Source of the DNA: an uncultured virus (IMG/VR IMGVR_UViG_3300031628_000001)
Lineage: Duplodnaviria > Heunggongvirae > Uroviricota > Caudoviricetes > Crassvirales
Length of the DNA: 64,000 nucleotides
Virus record (IMG/VR): IMGVR_UViG_3300031628_000001
Location: 1-64,000 of that record
Reading direction: 5' to 3' (one strand)
A model generated the notes under the pieces. It did no database searches. It saw only the letters and a list, made by a program, of their open reading frames with translations, and had not been told where the DNA came from. The position numbers and the translations under genes were made by a program. Positions 63,301 to 64,000 of the stretch are shown one piece after another (the first letter of the stretch is position 1; each line of letters starts with the position of its first letter).

Positions 63301-64000
63301 TTCATAACCAACAATGTTAGGTATTAGATTACCTGCATTATCTCTTGGCCATGGTATACCTGTAAATTCTACAGCAATATTATATATACCAGTTCCACCT
63401 GGAGTTGCTCTGTCAGTTGTACCATTATTAGCTGTGTTTTCATCAGGCATCTTATGGTGTCTAATTGGCATACCACACAGATCCCCCCACCTAACTGCAT
63501 CTTGCGGATATAATTCTGTTGATTCCCAATAGCCCATTTCACCTCTAGTCCTGAGAATTCCACCATCAGGTTGTACTGTATTTACATTTAATTGTGAAAC
63601 AAATGCTGTATTATGCACCTTAAATATTTGATCAGTAGGATCTAATGCATTAGGATCTCCAGGTATAACATCAGTTTCTAACATAGACACACCACTTCCA
63701 CTATAGTATGTAGCAGCTCTTCCTGGTATGTGGTATGATGATGAGCGTTCACCCGTATTGTATATGAATCTTATAAAGAATGCATATCTTTCGTCTCTTA
63801 GGAATGTTGGTTTATTACCTCCATTATAATAATAATCTGCTGGATATTCTACAGATGTCCAGTTACAAGCTATTCTATTTGCAAGAGGTTGATAATTAAA
63901 ATCAAATTGATTTGTAGGTTGTGTTCTAACTAAATAGTCATTGACAACAAACATACCTTTTGACTTTTCTAATGCAGGTGTTAATTTATTCATATACTCA
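57352..64000 (-). CDS. large tail/stabilization-like virion protein with two vWA domains (5' end outside window)
   Basis: Frame is open to the window edge (..GAG TAT ATG at 63993); MIDAS motifs DASYS (60301-15) and DVSGS (58948-62); core motifs RDERYAFF, FTFHSPD, FGGDCYV and WISFHDW. Confidence 0.65.
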   Translation of the reverse strand, partial: EYMNKLTPALEKSKGMFVVNDYLVRTQPTNQFDFNYQPLANRIACNWTSVEYPADYYYNGGNKPTFLRDERYAFFIRFIYNTGERSSSYHIPGRAATYYSGSGVSMLETDVIPGDPNALDPTDQIFKVHNTAFVSQLNVNTVQPDGGILRTRGEMGYWESTELYPQDAVRWGDLCGMPIRHHKMPDENTANNGTTDRATPGGTGIYNIAVEFTGIPWPRDNAGNLIPNIVGYEFLVGSREGHKSILGKGILKNMEQYIPSDPSASDGSTSFFIPNYPYNDLTSDPYIKGPGGGGSVGYDSWSGLGYEDWLQGCDNPTGPYNRYSNSVFTFHSPDLMFNRPFLNAYELKSYGVISGTQTGRFKPSEKHPGEKLLRNSTAVLAAFIGVGYAIYAMRGSTDQKMTTGRVLDMGYREEGEITKRSGNNGTFSGGGAWTNLAGSSYNTGTWTGAGGGKGTFNASAPNNDRWQWTSANQISAANRANSPGTGTYDTAANGLFLGLGGITGGAASNKAGAVTWQAAQATNWQGQAGSIGPGQEIVQKGTKFSNKPFWMGLISGAQEFMNFVSTGGQEIIDLIYNLTSFKQYVYKYNSHGWYRNMSANPNGSIFRHSVNKSRYLNGAISQLTPSIRINNLNRPLTVAVELETNGNVDVNGLPTSSLPLPTGDNSKYTIGTAPGQCDWTNPGGATSSGIAAHYCAMKYNIDNQYGQLEDIKQIPIRGCVEFFEDQILLDASGNPIINNLIRFNSKPLFGGDCYVNRYTEKAIMPFFWDYLAENEKDGFVWDYRLYPNVPFPTYWMNTEKYRLDELTKQLGGVNFAFAIASGFNGAFPNDYYYMDRDPASCSGGGLFSSFNDATNSNPGSLFTIHDAYMYLHCNGINDFFVESELNLAQRDWGEDIEKRHYDSLTFSALTDLFHVDGIKKGNYYKYDKSLSIEQNYSRTLSWGFIQPRSYDPTVAEKCYITWNKRLVYSLQAKKEAKKDFWRVFLPLNYKEFKDSVNTIKPISKTGAIVLFPKLSPQIFTGNDELTTDAGTKVVLGDGGLFAERNWRDIVNSDISHEYGSSESSRAVLNTPMGLFFISQEQGKIFQTEGNSLINITNTGMKWWFNKYLPSQLLATFPDAEACPQMIDNPVVSAGCQTVYDTNNDIVYFSKRDFAVTNAFANQSNNCIEYVPCEGFYLNETICNGASQIVTCPDGYTYNSVSEMCELITYDLPFGPPAPACKLDIVLSIDASYSVPLQSNVNSMRLIVQGILDVFDNAMSLGDTQIGIMAWGTRAYDEGSFNATAIACNGLRAPVALTFNPNLLNQTTGFMSEYTCASGTSACCPGVPCGGNDCNVTGGTGYGDAVWSGTNWLFNPTPGPGGTGARPNVPKKLIILNDGWDATSTGWGGTNPDSTGADRALTRPNYINLGQTSSFVATPTTPPMVATAPDTGVVGNISAAQPDNLVQWIQTNIHANAQYQDPTNSNFLGQLEIIPGWLKNNNTPTAAEEAYAQSIAGYDAITGDPNPYMAGDFQAANVQGIINDLVEKICPGILPNCPSGCTPVIQGGVPMCECIDEVPATYEDVLTYIPYQLENPTYFQDVSWTVSYDPKAKAWISFHDWHPELAFNSINHFMTSKTTTTEIPQCPPGYSFNSTLDECCITVAGSDPAFVEVKYIPSDTTVVDSVQTAFSVDTDIALVMDVSGSTALPGCIIPFPTNCTFGVLSAQVDFCTAFVNVMSPGMASGTNNVRIGFGVWDNANSAQVTGLTSNDSTLIDPIAGSISTYDETSASYTAGGTNYETAVLRARAMLSGSTATKKVVIIITDTQNNTCAASPPNNISADLWTWNAAGGGDVDTIAVFADTVAPANNGWWTNLNCLVQLGTAAQSIGNDAFAVDSSNYGDVAVSVMNSLISCDCPVNTVPDIPSILCSPDPGDPLPQCVSCECPAGYTQVPVNQVCNSLNPPTCKKVDCNCPPIPVLDPSLATTWFEAGTQCDDLFLVDTPGYVNPNPLICNWEYKQCVPANYTVGGMWKHNVRNDLFVNYYGEDFPWEVTLIENTGQVVNTLRSIEYQQESYVYKNFNLPRPQQLIGTDRFHDLDWNFDETIIYNSEQVSGLLTLDLTPKNNIVLLNQYPIINNPTDIQILYSKEEQKYRFNQFWDITDDRGEFTGVERPIWITTLNGYIKNLNQANLNYIKAPLQRKKFRHYYNMIVLRKNVSGDRKMLLKLNNTKMNISFR

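Noticed and set aside
3666..63566. Numerous 60-120-aa antisense or alternate-frame ORFs in the track (e.g. 3666-3902, 31577-31945, 58820-59170)
   Set aside because: They lie wholly within long genes, lack motifs and look like shadow ORFs.
1..64000. Stop-codon reassignment (TAG or TGA), known in some crAss-like phages
   Set aside because: Very long ORFs are intact and densely packed under the standard code; TAG and TGA end genes at sensible positions.
63991..64000. ATG 63993 as the true start of the 2213-aa protein
   Set aside because: The frame stays open to the window edge, so the gene probably starts outside the window.
1..64000. tRNA/rRNA genes, integrase, transposase, introns or inteins
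   Set aside because: No cloverleaf found in the few intergenic gaps; PolB and NrdJ have normal lengths with uninterrupted motifs; no recombinase motifs recognised (visual inspection only).

Overview
AT-rich fragment of a large crAss-like (Crassvirales-type) dsDNA phage genome, most likely infecting Bacteroidota/Flavobacteriia. Support: a virion RNA polymerase with a DFDID motif, a family B DNA polymerase, TAnnTTTG promoters and a T9SS sorting domain. Bases 1-5.9 kb (+ strand) hold a replication/repair module: PolB, DUF932, DUF1599/Nmad1 and a spore-photoproduct-lyase-like radical SAM enzyme. Bases 6-14.5 kb (- strand) hold small basic proteins, a 26-aa CDGSH protein, a holin, beta-rich structural proteins and a secreted/outer-membrane cassette (T9SS substrate, Trx-like protein, beta-barrel). 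A class II RNR sits alone on the + strand at 14.7-16.6 kb. Bases 16.6-64 kb (- strand) encode giant virion/cargo proteins of 1870, 4984 (vRNAP + zincin), 1152, 1241, 1654 and 2629 aa, plus a 5'-truncated tail protein with two vWA domains. The most striking unexplained signal is a recurring (K/Q)xGG(S)LPKAQ linker that divides three consecutive giant proteins into modules, several of them ADP-ribosyltransferase-like. This suggests a modular, possibly proteolytically processed, virion-delivered effector system. All assignments come from motif recognition by eye; no database searches were run.
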